DNA of 64,000 nucleotides, from assembly GCF_018977255.1 (NCBI RefSeq), contig NW_024704742.1, positions 21,516,001 to 21,580,000 on the forward strand, read 5' to 3'. This DNA comes from Callorhinchus milii. Lineage: Eukaryota. Below the pieces are notes generated by a model. It searched no databases, had not been told where the DNA came from, and was given only the letters and a program-made list of their open reading frames with translations. Position numbers and translations under genes: made by a program. Below, piece by piece: positions 51,123-64,000 of the stretch. Position 1 is the first letter of the stretch. Each line of letters opens with the position of its first letter.

Positions 51123-51392
51123 TAATAATAATAATCCTTGCATTTGATAGAGCTCTTTTCACATCTTCTAGATGTCTTAAAGCGCTTCACAGAATACACT
51201 GTAAAGTGAATTGACTGCGTATTTGTGGGCGAAACGCAGCAGCCAATTGCACACAGTAGTGTCCCACATACAGTTGTGGATTGAAGTGACCAAATTATTA
51301 TTTATTACTTTTTTCTGGAGGGATTATTATCAGGCACGTGGAATAAGGAAACTTGCCCAAGGTTTCGCCCTGCCGGGAATTGACCCCAGGTC
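51123..51392 (-). mobile_element. tRNA-Ala-derived SINE, short variant, 5'-clipped
   Basis: Family match. Confidence 0.85.
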
Positions 51393-52303
51393 ATCTCATC
51401 GAGTTCTGTGAAATAAATCCTCAACACATTTAGATCAAACTAGAAATTCTACTTTCAGAAGGGACGTTAAACTGAGGTCCCTGTCTAGCTGTTCAGATGG
51501 ATGTTAATGATCCCATGAGAGTGTTTAACAAGAGAGGGAAGAATCTTCCGGTGACCTGACTAATAATCCACCAGATAAATTGACTGTTCATCTCATTGCT
51601 GTTTGTGCAACATCCCTGGTGTCCATGACTGGTCCATTTGTTTAATAATAGTCACCACACTTGACAGCTGTGAAGTACTTTAAGACAATTTTGACATGAT
51701 GAGGCAGTTTAATAATATGTGTTCTTTCTTGTAACATTCAAAACACCTGCTTTCTTCTCAGTAAAGGCCTTTGGTATTCGAGCCAGTGATACATATTCTA
51801 AGAATGGAAAGTGTTTAATGTAAACAAGACAGTGGAGTCGGGCGAGGGTGGGAGTGATGGGGTCACGGAGCCTGGTGTGTGTAATAATATGAATAATAAC
51901 TAATAATATTCTTAAATTTGATACAATGTCTTTCACGTCAAGACGTCATCACATTTACTGTAAAGTAAGTATATTTACTGTAAAGTGTAGTGACTGTGTA
52001 TTTTATAGGCAGATGCATTTGTCTAATGATACCTAGTAAGAAAATCTTTTGATTAAAACTTTCCTGATCATAATCCTTGCATAGAATGCCTTATCACATC
52101 TTCGAGGCGTCTCAAAGCACTTCACGGAATATTACTGTAAAGTGAATTGACTGTATATTTTGTGGGTGAAATGCGCAATTGTTATACAGCTATTGTTTTC
52201 TGGAAATAAATAGCTTCATAAAGTTACTGATCCCGGGGTCTAAATCAAACCCAGATATATCAGTGCAATTTCTTCATTAAGGAATCTGATTGGGCACTCT
52301 ATT

Positions 52304-52648
52304 TGGAGTCCTGTAGCTTAGTGGTTAGAGTACTCGCCTCATAAGTGAAAGGGCCTGGGTTCAATTCCTGGCTGGGTGAAACATTGAGCAAGTTTCCTTA
52401 CTCCACATGACTCTGTTTACCTAGCAGTAACTAAGAACCCGATTTTTAGTCGATTGCCAGATCGCTTTTCCGGGGCTAATAATCTCTTCTAAAATAATAA
52501 CTATTTGGTCGCTCAATCGAAGACTGCTTGTGGGTTACTGCACAAAATATACAATCAATTCACTTTACAGTATATTCTATGAAACGCTTTGAGACGTCTC
52601 GAAGATGTGATAAGGCGCTATATCAAATGCAAGGATTATTTTTATTAT
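52304..52648 (+). mobile_element. tRNA-Ala-derived SINE, long variant
   Basis: tggagtcctgtagcttagtggttagag head through to gcaaggattatt tail. Confidence 0.9.
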
Positions 52649-52770
52649 TCCTGTAACCCAAAATAGGGAAAACTTCTACAGGAGAGCTTGTGCCGTCCCA
52701 ACCACGTTGAGGTTCTCACCTCAAGGTCCTAGTCCATTGCTGAGTAAGCCTGAACAGATATATCAATGCG

Positions 52771-52950
52771 AAAACAGAAGTCGCTGGGAACACTCAGCAG
52801 GTCAGGCAGCATCTACGGAGAAAGGAAAGTGAGTCAACGTTTCAGGTCCACGACCCTTCGTCAGAACATAGATGCTGCCTGACCTGCTGAGTGTTCCCAG
52901 CGACTTCTGTTTTTGTTTCAGATTTCCAGCATCCACAGTATTTTGCGCTT
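52771..52950. mobile_element. Penelope-type inverted-repeat remnant with a hammerhead-like core
   Basis: Perfect 45-bp arms at 52771-52815 and 52869-52913. The spacer on the minus strand contains CTGACGA-AGGGTC-GTG-GACCT-GAAAC. Confidence 0.7.
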
Positions 52951-53438
52951 TATTATATATATCTATATTTCAATGCGATTACTTCTTTAAGGAATCTTTG
53001 AAGTTATCTTACTTTAGATCCACTGTCACCCTACTGTCACTGAGATGTTGCAGCAGTGCTTTTTGGTTTAACTTCACAAATAACGTTTAGGATTTACAAA
53101 ACCAAGCGTTCAAGTGTATAGAGCAGATAGTCACTGATTATCATGCTCACTTGCTTCTCAGTTTGTCCATTTTTATAAAATGTTTCCTCCCACCTCTTAC
53201 CCCCACCCCCACCCCGGTGCTTGTCTTTTATCTTCTTTCCTCCAGCATCCACCTTTGGAAGGTGGGAGCAAGCTTTATTGAAGTTGTGTGAAGGCTCATG
53301 GAGACTCCCTTGCAGCCTTCACACTAACACCAGGCTGGGTCAGAGTCAGCCTTCACAGCCAGTGAAAAGATAAAAAGCTGAAGTTTGACAGGGCTGAGCT
53401 GCAGAAGCAACCCCTTCCAGAGAGGAATCGTAAGAGTT

Positions 53439-53740
53439 ATAATAATAATAATAATAATCCTTGCATTTGATATAGAGCTTTTCACGTCTTCTGGACGTCT
53501 CAAAGCGCTTTACAGAATATATTGTAAAGTGAATTCACCGTATATTTGTGGGCGAAACGCGGCAGCCAATTGCCACAGCAGTGTTCCACAAACAGTCGTG
53601 GATTGAAAATGACCAATTTATTATTGTCTTGTTTTTGGAGGCATTATTATTAGGTGTGTGGAGTAAGGAAACTTGCCCAAGGTTTCGCCCTGCCTAGAAT
53701 TTAACCCAGGTGTCTCGCTTGCAAGGCGAGTGCTCTAACT
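53439..53740 (-). mobile_element. tRNA-Ala-derived SINE, short variant
   Basis: Family match. Confidence 0.9.
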
Positions 53741-55019
53741 AGGAGCCAACTAGGGACATGAGAGTAAATAACATAGCAACTGTCCAGGCAAAGCTCGCTC
53801 CACCAATGTAACCACATGGGGGTGGCTCTGTAAGAGTTTATGGCATGCTTGTTACTACACTTTTCAAGGCAAGGGTCCATTTCCACCCAATGGCCTTTTC
53901 TTTCTCAAGAAACTAAAATCCCGCTGCTGGACATCAATAGGAATTGGTTCTGGTGCATCTGACCTACCTGGTTTGCCTCAAGACCAATTGGAGAGGGAAA
54001 ATAAAATGAGATGAACAGAATCACATAACCATAATCTGCCTCCTCCTCTCCCTAGATGTAAGCATCTCCCTTGAAGCCTTCATGCTTACACCAGGGTGGG
54101 TCAGAGTCGGTTTTGCACTTGTCCATAGAATAACAGAGCAAAGTTGATTGCATTGAATTCTTTCTGTAAATAAATTAATTAAAGGCGGGCATCTTTCCAT
54201 GCACCAAACACTACACATACAGTCAAGAGTGTTTGTTTAATGTAGAGGATTGGGTAAAGTAAATGTTTTGCTCATCACTGGGAAGGGGGAACATTTCCAT
54301 TAAGAGGCTTCTACTGTATACAATTTTCATTGCAATCTCATATCTCTCCAGTACTGTTTATTTTCTGAAACTGAAGAAATGACTATTATTCCTTTATTAC
54401 AAGGGGTCTGCAAATAAACAAAATTCTAACTTTGTCACAGTTTTGGAAAATGTGCAAAGCTACAATCCCAAAAGACCTTAAAAGGTAACAAATTCCCTTC
54501 ACCGATCCAGAGTTGCCCTACACTGTCAGATGGGTGTTGTAGAATCCTGTCTATGGAGTTAATGCAGGATAATTCATATGTAATTTCTAAACAGCCAAGA
54601 TATTGTACTACCATAACAAGAGTGCCAGCAGTTTTACATCACCGACGCTCACATGGAGAAGTTGTCCACTGTCCTCATCGGAAACCAGTTTTCCAAAGAT
54701 AGATTTTTTCAAAAACATCTGAAAGAAAACAGCCAGTGTCACTTTCTCTGTTTAGTTCAGTTCATCAATTTTCTTTTCACGTATAAATACAGTCACTACA
54801 CGACATCTGACAACAATTACCGATGAAGCATTTTGGGCTATTTCAGTGTTATAAGAGCTACATAAAATTAACAACAACAAACAATAAATTGCATTTATAG
54901 AGAGGCTTTCATGTCAGGAAGACATCCCAAAGCACTGGATACATAGAATGATATGACACGGAAACAGACTGTTCAGCCCAACCATGTTAATATTCCCACA
55001 AGGCCTCAGCCCTCCGATT

Positions 55020-55670
55020 CCCCTTTCCTATATTCCTTTATTTGTATTATGTCAAATACAAGGACTATTTTTTGCTCTGAGCACATTGTTTTTCTCAGCT
55101 CTGCACAGAATCTGCTCCTTTCTCTCTGGTCTTCTGGCTCCACTTCATCTGCTCTGATTCCTCGATTGTCCACTCTTTTCTGAGGTTCTCAAATGACCTC
55201 CTTGGAGGTACCCTTTCATCCACCATCAAGAATGCCTTTGATTTCACCCGTTCCATTTTCCATGCCTCTCATCTTCCCTTCCCCCACTTCTTTTCCCTTC
55301 TTTCATCACAGTGGTAGAGTCCCTTTGGTCCTTATCTTCCATCCACAAACCCATAAATCTTACAGATTATCTCACGCCAAGTACAGCACAGCTTCACCAC
55401 CACAAAAATATTTTTCTTCTGCCTGTGCTGTAACGCTCTATGTAATTGTACATAATTCCTCTCCTCAATCCACTTTCAGGAGTGACTAAGATGTCCATTG
55501 ATACCTCGTTCACTCTGGCAACATACCCACCAGAGACTCCTCTTCCCTTGGCAATTTCTCCTACAATTACATCTGTTCCTTCTTTTATTCTCTCTGGCCT
55601 CAAGCCCTGTTTCTATTTAAGGTAGAAAATCACATCGACCTCAATTTAGCTTAATTCAGATTTACGGACA
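55020..55670 (+). mobile_element. Decayed Penelope-like retroelement fragment
   Basis: ORF 55193..55489 contains GRVPLVLIFHP, similar to the Penelope RVPLVLTYHP motif. Upstream ttttctcagctctgcacagaatctgctcc resembles FSQ..R.RRICS. Confidence 0.6.
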
Positions 55671-57324
55671 ATTTCAGGGTTCCTGCGTGTCAGCCTGGCT
55701 TTGAATTCATATAGTCTTGGCTGACATTCCATGTAGCAATGGGGTGGGGGTGGGGGAGGGGGGTGCAGTGCATTGTTGGAGGAGCCTCTTTTAGATAAGA
55801 TGTTAAACCAATCTTCCTGTTCAGATTGACATTATAAACAACATGGCAGTATTTGGAAAAAAAAGTAGGACATTTCTCCTGGTGTCCTGGCCAACAGTCC
55901 CCCAAAAGAAAATTGATTGTTCACTTTATGGCTGTTTGTGGAACATTGCTTTATACAAATTGGGTTCTGCATTTTCTTTAAGACATTTTGACGTCATAGG
56001 ATCCATATCAAAATGTAAGAACATTTTTTACATCAAAACTCAAGAGTTATTATTATTTTTAATTTGAAAAATTTCTTCCATGTACATAATAATAGTGTGA
56101 TAATTTCCAATGTTATACAAATGGTGTTCCTTGCAGGTTTACGAGTGCCTCCAGCTTTATCTTCTGATGGGTACGTTTATATATGGTTACGTGGAACTTG
56201 GCAAGATACATTGGTTTGTGTTATTCAAGCTGGCAGAGTGAAGTAATGCTTTATTTACTTTTCAGTCTGTATGATTTAATTTGTATTCAGGAAGGCAGAG
56301 ATTGTGTTACCGTGCCTGCCAGCGCTAGTTTCAATTTAGGCGCAAGGGTTATATCCAATAAAGCCAATGGGTGATGGCGTCTAAAATAGGATATCAGTAA
56401 TAGGAGGTGCATATAGCGACACCTGCCAGCAAGTAGATAAATAGATCACATCAGAGCAAAGTTCCCATGGGTCACTGCAATGCACTTCTGACTATCATCA
56501 GCAATCACTATTTATCACTCCCTCTGTGGATATGCTGGGTTTTCATTGATAAGCTTTGTGGTTTTAACTGGTCCAACTCCAACTGTATCCCAGCCACATA
56601 CTCTGGAGCACCCAAGCCTTGGATCTCGTCAATCTGTACTAAACACTCTTCAGATTTTAGAATCAGATAAGTACCTGAAAAGGAAAAATTTGCAGGGGTA
56701 TGGGGAAAGAGCAGGGGAGTGGGACTGATTGGGTAGCTCTTCCAAAGAGCCAGCACAAACGCGATGGGCCGAATGGCCTTCTTCTTTGCTGTAATATTCT
56801 ATGATTCTATGACTTTGGTAAGCAACGTGCATCCCTCCAGGTAGAGACTAAAGAACTATTCAAAAAGAGAAGGCCATTTCTCCCATTGCCCTGGCCAACA
56901 GTCCTCTATGTAAAAATGATCATTCACTTCATGGCTGTGGGACACTGCTATGTAGAAATTAGCTGCCGCGTTCACCTACAAATGCATAGTCACTCCACTT
57001 TACAATAAATCCTGTGAAGCACTTTGAGACTTAAGTCATTATATCAATTGTAAAGATTACTATTTATTTTCATGCCCCTTTGTTACACTTTGCACCAATT
57101 ATTTCAACTGCTATACTAAAATCTGTTCAAAAAGTATGCATAAAATTTACGATCAATCCCGAAGTTGTCTCTGAAGAGGCTTTTCTAGGGGTTCAGTGCA
57201 CAAATAGAAGTGTGTCGGCTGGCTTCACGGCAGGTACATCTCTGCCAAAGCATCCCACGTGAAGACCTGGATTAAGCAATTGGTGTTGAATAAACCTGGT
57301 ACTTGACATTGGACTTGGATCCTG

Positions 57325-57642
57325 TGGAGTCCTGTAGCTCAGTGGTTAGAGCACTCGCCTTGCAAGCGAGACACCTGGGTTCAACTCCAGGCAGGGCGAA
57401 ACCTTGGGCAAGTTTCCTTACTCCACACGCCACACGGGATAATAATCCCTCCAAAAATAAAACAATAATAAATTGGTCATTTTCAATCCATGACTGTTTG
57501 TGGGACACTCCTGTGCGAAATTGGCTGCCGTGTTTTGCCCACAAATACACGGTCAATTCACTTTACAGTCTATTCTATGAAGCGCTTTGAGATGTCAAGA
57601 AGACGTGAAAAGGCGCTATATCAAATCCAAGGATTATTATTA
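57325..57642 (+). mobile_element. tRNA-Ala-derived SINE, short variant
   Basis: Full head, core and tail. Confidence 0.92.
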
Positions 57643-57985
57643 TTTTTATCTCTAGAACATCAAGGTGACTGGCACATCGCACGGTGTATTATTACAGGTC
57701 TTCCCACCACACTGAAAGTAGATAGCCATTGACTTACAAAATAAGCAGCAAATCCCGTGAAGCACTTTGATACGTCCTTCACTCTTGTTAACCTGCTCCT
57801 AACACTTTCTGGAACTAGGCAAGTAGTGTGTGTTACTCCAGGGAGAGGGAGTGTGCTCTCTATTTCCAGATGGAGGGAAATTTCCATATACTGTATATAA
57901 GAACATAAGAATTAGGAGCAGGAGTAGGCCATTTGGCCCTTGTGCCTGCTCCGCCATTCAATAAGATCATGGCTGATCTTCTCAC

Positions 57986-60918
57986 CTAACTCTGATTACC
58001 TGCCCTATCCCCATATCCCCTAATCCCTCTATTTTTCAAGAATCTATCAGTCTCAGCCTTGAAAATGTTCAAGGACTGAGCATCTACAGCCTTCTGGGGT
58101 AGTGAATTCCATAAGTTCACTACCCTCTGAGTGAAGAAATGTTTCCTCAACTCTGTTCTAAGAGGCTGACCCTTAATTTTAAGACTGTGACCCCTGGTTA
58201 TAGATTCTCCTACCAGGGGAAACAGTCCCTCAGTGTCTACTTTATCCAGCCCTTTAAGAATCTTATAAGTTTCAATAAGATCCCCCTAATTCTTCTGTAC
58301 TCTAGAGAATATAGCCCTAGTTTATTCAGCCTATCCTCATAGGTCAGTCCCCTCATCCCAGGAACTAACCGAGTGAATCTACGCTGCACCCCCTCGAGGG
58401 CAAGTATGTCCTTTTTTAAATAAGGAGACCAAAACTGCACACAATACTCCAGGTGCGGTCTCACCAAAGCCCTATACAGTTGCAGCAAGACTTCCCTACT
58501 TTTATATTCTAAACCTTTCGAAATGAACGCTAACATGCCGTTCGCCTTCTTAGTTGCTTGCTGCACCTGCAAACTAACTTTTTGGGACTGGTGTACAAGG
58601 ACACCCAAATCCCTTTGAATACTAACACTATCTAACTTCTCTCCTTCCAGAAAATAATCTGTTCTTTTATTCTTGCTACCTAGGTGAATAATTTCACACT
58701 TGCTAACATTGAATTCCATCTGCCACCTACTTGCCCACTCCCCTAGCCTATCTATATCTTGTTGCAATCTTTTTGCATCATCCTGAGAGCTCACTCTGCT
58801 ACCTAGTTTAGTATCATCCGCGAATTTAGACACATTACATTCAATGTCCTCGTCCAGATCATTGATGTAAATGGTAAATAGCTGAGGCCCAAGCACTGAT
58901 CCTTGTGGCACTCCACTAGTTACATCCTGCCAATTCGAGAATGATCCGTTTATCACTACTCTCTGCTTTCTACCCGATAGCCACTCTTCTATCCATGTTA
59001 ATATTTTCCCATTAATCCCGTGGGCCTTGATCTTGAGTAACAGCCTTTTGTGTGGCACCTTGTCAAATGCCTTCCTAAAATCCAAATATACCACATCTAC
59101 TGGTTCCCCCTTATCCAACCTGCTGGATACATCCTCAAAAAATTCTAAAAGGTTAGTCAAGCATGACTTCCCTTTTGTAAAGCCATGTTGACTCTGCCTA
59201 ATCTTTTTATGGTCTTCCAGGTATCCCATAACTACGTCTTTTATTAAGGACTCAAGAATTTTCCCTACAACTGACGTCAAACTAACTGGTCTATAGTTTT
59301 CCCTATTTTCTCTCCCACCCTTCTTAAATAGTGGAGTTACGTTTGCAATCTTCCAATCAATGGGAACTTTTCCAGTATCCACAGACTTTTGGAAGATTAT
59401 AGACATGCCATCCACTATCTCAGTAGCCACCTCCTTTAAAACTCTCGGATGCAGGCCATCCGGTCCAGGGGATTTATCGGTTTTAAGACCCGACAATTTA
59501 CCTAGAACCATCTCTTTACTAATGTTAATCTCCCTAAGTTGCTCGCTAACATTGTCTTCTTGGTCCTCTATTTTTGGTATGTTTCCAGTGTCTTCTACGG
59601 TGAAGACTGTAGAAAAATACTTGTTTAATGACTCTGCCATGTCTTTGTCCCCTATTATAATTCCTCCGGTCTCTGCCTGTAATGGACCCACATTCACCCT
59701 CGCTAGCCTTTTCCTCTTTATATATTTGTAAAAACTCTTGGAGTCTGTTTTTATGTTCTTTGCTAGTTTGCCCTCGTAATCTATTTTCTCCCTCTTGATC
59801 AATTTTTTGGTCCTCCTCTGTTGTTCCCTAAAGTTCTCCCAATCCTCGGGTTTACTACTCATCTTCGCTGTTTTATAGGCTTTTTCTTTTGATTTGATAC
59901 TTTCCCTAACTGCTCTAGTTAGCCATGGCTGCACCACCTTTCCCATGGCATTCTTATTCCTCAAAGGAATATGTGCTCGTTGGGAATTTTGCACTATCTC
60001 CTTGAATGTCTGCCATTGCTGGTCTACCGTCAAATCTTTAAGTTTAGTCTCCCAGTTTATTCTGGCTAAATCCTCTCTCATACCAGCAAAGTTGGCTCGA
60101 TTTAAATTGAAGACTTTTGCTTCAGACTTAACTACTTCCCTCTCTAACTTAACGCTAAATTCCATCATATTATGATCGCTTTGCCCTAGAGGAGCCTTAA
60201 GTTCCAGTTTGCTGATCAGCCCTGTTTCATTACACAAAACAAGGTCTAATATGGCTTGTTCCCTGGTCGGCTCCTCAGCATATTGATCTAGAAAATTATC
60301 TCTAATACATTCTATAAACTCCTCTTCTATGTTACCTTTCCCAATTTGGTTGTCCCAGTCTATGTGCAGGTTAAAATCACCCACAATTAGTGTCTTTCCT
60401 TTGCTACATGCTCCACTAATCTCTTGATTTATACCTTGAGCGATACTTTGACCACTGTTTGGGGGTCTATAAACTACTCCCACTATAGTTTTCTGCCCCT
60501 TGAAGTTACGTATCTCTACCCATACTGACTCTACATCTTGCTTTTCAGATTTAAAATCTTTCCTCTCTACTGTTTTTATCCCATCCTTTATTAGCAGGGC
60601 CACTCCCCCTCCTCGTTTACCACATCGCCTATCTTTCCTATATACCACGTAGCCGGGAATATTCAGTTCCCATCCCTGATCACCCTGTAACCATGTCTCG
60701 GTGATGGCTACTAGATCATACCGGTTTGTCTCTATTTGTGCAACTAATTCATCTATCTTGTTACGAATGCTTCGTGCATTCAGATATAGCGCCCTTAATT
60801 CTGACTTCCGGCTATTAACCCTATTCACCAGCACTCTATCACTGTACTTCCTTTCCCTGCTTGACACACTTTGCTCTTCTCCCTTGTTAATCTGCTCTCT
60901 TGCTTTTGTTGATCTCAA
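57986..60918 (-). CDS. CR1 ORF2: APE endonuclease plus reverse transcriptase, with one frameshift at 58282-58286
   Basis: Endonuclease motifs YLNARS, ITETW, YRPP, GDFN, SDH. RT motifs KSPGPDG, NYRPVSLTS, QHGF, LDFRKAFD, GVPQGSVLGP, FADD. The shifted frame continues DLIETYKILKG...WNSLP...NQS* to the stop at 57988-57986. Confidence 0.93.
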
Positions 60919-60967
60919 GTTTAACTGTGGTGGACTATACTTTACTATGTTTTTACCTCCCTCCCCC

Positions 60968-61402
60968 TTAATAGTTTAAAGCCCTTTCTACCTCCCTATT
61001 TATTCACGTAGCCAGGACATTTGTCCCAGCCCTATTTAGGTGGAGCCCATTCCTTTGGAAAAGCTCCCATCTTCCCCAATACTCGTGCCAGTGGCCCATG
61101 AATTGGAATTCCTGCTCTCCGCACCACTCTTTTAGCCAGGCATTCAGATCCATGATCTTCTTTTGCCTGTACCAATTAGCTCCTGGCTCAGGTAACAGTC
61201 CCGATATCATCACTTTGGAAGTTCTATTCCTTAGTTTAATTCCCAATTCCCGGAACTCGCTCCTTAACTCGTCCCTACTGGTCCTACCAATGTCATTGGT
61301 CCCTATATGTACCATTATGATTGGATCCTCTCCCTCATGCCTCAAATTTATCTCCAGCCCGGTGGTGACATCCTTCACCCTGGCCCCAGGAAGACAACAG
61401 AG
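60968..61402 (-). pseudogene. CR1 ORF1 C-terminal SGNH-esterase-like fragment
   Basis: CCLPGARVKDV...VHIGTNDIG...GLHLNRAG. An in-frame TGA at 61006-61004, probably a decayed CGA, precedes INREVERALN. Confidence 0.85.
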
Positions 61403-61689
61403 TCTTCTTCTCAGTTTTGTCTGAATACTCTTAAGGGCAGCAATGGGTTTCTGTGTGTGTCAAACCCCATCTGATCCAAAAGAATATATCTGTATATATC
61501 AAATGCAAGGATTATCATTATGAGTAGCCAATGCAAAGCCTTGTGATTGATTGATTGATGTGTGGCTCCTTGAGGACAGTAAGTCTCAGCTGGGGCTGAA
61601 TCGTCTCAGGTATCTTTAGTAATGTTCTGTCCTGGCCTAGAGGCAGGGGATAACTTCTGCATTAGACTGAAACCAGAGAACTCTCTCAC

Positions 61690-62330
61690 TCTCTCTCTCT
61701 CTCTCTCTGCAGAGAGCGATGTTGAGCACCGACACCCTTATACGAAAGAAAAAGTTCCCGCACATGAATCGGTCATATTGACTTTGTGCTGAGTTTGGAG
61801 CAGCATAAAAAGCACTTTGCAAATTCCTATTATGAAAGACGATGGAGACAGGCTCTGCTTGAGTCAATCGCCGGGGAGGTTCCATGACATTCAATACAAC
61901 GTTTGAAAGCAGGAGCTGGTGCTGGCTGGAAGCCAAGGTACAGACAACCGGGATCAAACGGACCGAGACAGGCCGGGATGGGCTGAGACCCAAAGCTGCA
62001 GAGGCGACTCAGCATGAGAAAACTTTATGAAACATTTATAAAAGTAATAAACTCGGGAAGAATTTCTCCATTAACCAGAAAGAAAACCGACTTAGCCGGT
62101 CTGAACAGCACTGAGCGAACAGTGCTCCGTGCGTACCAGAGACATAGGCAATTGCACTGTGCTTCGCGAGCAATGTGCCGTGGGAGAATTTCTCGAGCTG
62201 TCATCCGCGTTACGGGAAGCACATGATGTTTCCTGCACACTCGGAGCAGGACAAGTGGTGACCATTGGAATGGGACGATTGGCAGCAGCAGTCAGCTTAT
62301 TGTGCCCATGTATATGTGTGTAGGGAGGGA
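61690..62330. promoter_or_regulatory. CpG-enriched unique segment, possible enhancer or promoter
   Basis: About 30 CpGs counted by eye in ~600 bp within a CpG-depleted background. Motifs: AP-1 TGAGTCA (61860-61866), STAT-like TTACGGGAA (62210-62218), two minus-strand CCAAT boxes (~62264-62282). Confidence 0.45.
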
Positions 62331-64000
62331 AGGAAGGAAGGAGGGAAGGAGGGAGGAAGGGGGCAGAAATATCCCAGCAAAAATTCAAAGAAAGAAATTA
62401 CGTTTTATGTCAATCAATGAAATTCACGTGTTTGTATTGCATCTTTAAATAACTGCGGTAGCGATCTACAACAATGATACAGTTACGATAGTGATAAGGT
62501 TACAATTTTCACTCTCATACAGTACCCATATTTTTGCTTAAAGAGTTGGCAGGTAAAGGGAAAGTTCACACTCAACTTCCACATTTTGTACTATGCTTAC
62601 TCAGCCTGGCTCAGTTGGTAGCACTCTCGTCCACAAAATACACAGTCACTCCACTTTATTTGTATCCTGTGAAGTGATTTGAGACTTCCTCCTGACATGA
62701 AAAGATACTACGTCGAATGCAAGGATTATCATTATATCAAATATAAGGATTCTCATTAAGGATTATTAAACTGTGACATTAGAATGATAAAACTACACAG
62801 ATTATTTATTATTGAAATATCGATGCTTAGGTTCGAATTTTGAAGCTATAACTATGTGTAAATAAAATATATGTTAATAAAGGGAATTTTGGTTGCTCTT
62901 CTGAAGGTATTTAACAACCAAAGAATTATAGAATCAGTAATCCTTTTCTAAGGTTGCAAATAGAAGGGAACCATTAATTCCTTATTTACACACTTTTTTC
63001 ACAAATTATTTACACAACCCTCAAATTAGACCTCATTATGCACTTAATGCTGTGGTTATACTGCCCTGAGCAGCATAGCAATGTGGAGCAGGAAGCCAAG
63101 TTTATACTGCTTGTTCCACATCACTTTCAATCGGAGGCAGGAAAAAAAAACAATTGGGTATTGGTTACCTAACGTTATTAAAGAGACAGAAATCTTTAAA
63201 CAGATCATTGGGGAGTGACCCAGGGCACTGTGCAGCAGAAGGGTCAATACCTTAGTGGATTCGAATCTCTCCGCTCACGATGCCAGCTCTCAAGATGTTG
63301 ACAAGGGCCAGGACTCCAGCAGTGTTCATCCTATCTCAGCCTCCATTTACACTGCACATTCACTAGTAAATCATTGCACAAGCAAGTCAATTTACCACCA
63401 AATATGCCCTGTAAATGCAGGAAAATATAAAACCAAAGTAACGCCAGTCCTTGTCCTCTTTTCTTTTTCCCCAGTCAATCTCTCTTTTTTTAAGTTCTTC
63501 CTTGTCCATTTTAATTAATTTAGCTATTTAATCTATCTAACAGTTCTACTGCTTATTGTGTGAAACAAATACTATTCAAAGCTTTGGAAAGATGATCCAA
63601 AGGTTGCCTTAGCCATTCGTACATCAAGATGAAACCCGTTTGCATCAATAGACAAGTCAAATAAAAAAAACTTGTAATTTATATAAGCGGCTTATCAGTT
63701 GCATTGTCTAGATTTCTCAAAGCTTCACAGAATTTTACTGTAATGTGTAGTTACTGTGTATTACTGTGTATTTGCAGACAAATTGTGGCACAGGTTAAGT
63801 GCTAAACAGACACCTGCAAGTTAGCTAGACCCATGGGACTGGCAGCCTGAATACATCCAGCAAAACAGCAAAATTCACCCCCTCTGTGGGAAGGATTAAT
63901 TCCATTTGTGAATGACTGAATGCTATTCTGGATTAGGTGTGTAGTGTCTAAAAGTGCCATCTTTTTATCTAATATATATAGATTTGTTGTACCTGCTGCT

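Larger units (their letters stand above)
57896..61402 (-). mobile_element. Young CR1 LINE, 5'-truncated within ORF1 (~3.5 kb)
   Basis: ORF1 C-terminal part, ORF2, 3' UTR and (ttcttatg)-type tail at 57896-57910. Confidence 0.97.

Noticed and set aside
59360..61424. Plus-strand ORFs overlapping the CR1
   Set aside because: Antisense frames of the LINE coding sequence.

Overview
Repeat-dense vertebrate genomic DNA, most likely from a cartilaginous fish (chimaera/elephant-shark-like). I infer this from the abundant tRNA-Ala-headed Deu-domain SINEs with L2-type tails, CR1 and L2 LINEs, and Penelope-type inverted repeats; it was not confirmed by a search. The only host gene I can support is on the minus strand at the left end. 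It has a 43-nt signal-peptide exon (5277-5235) spliced in phase 1 to a 432-nt Ser/Thr/Pro-rich mucin exon (2454-2023), and the remainder presumably lies left of the window. The exon layout resembles PARM1 or the CD34/podocalyxin family, and the promoter carries GATA, ETS and RUNX motifs. The other ~58 kb is upstream intergenic DNA made mostly of transposon debris. Highlights are: (1) a heavily decayed CryptonA/DUF3504-type tyrosine-recombinase fossil (~41.3-43.7 kb, minus), invisible in the ORF track and split by SINE insertions; (2) a young 5'-truncated CR1 whose ORF2 is one base from intact; (3) a perfect 45-bp inverted repeat enclosing a hammerhead-like core; (4) a direct-repeat pair bracketing exon 1 and its promoter. 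Repeat boundaries are approximate and were read by eye. No CRISPR, rRNA or true tRNA gene was seen.
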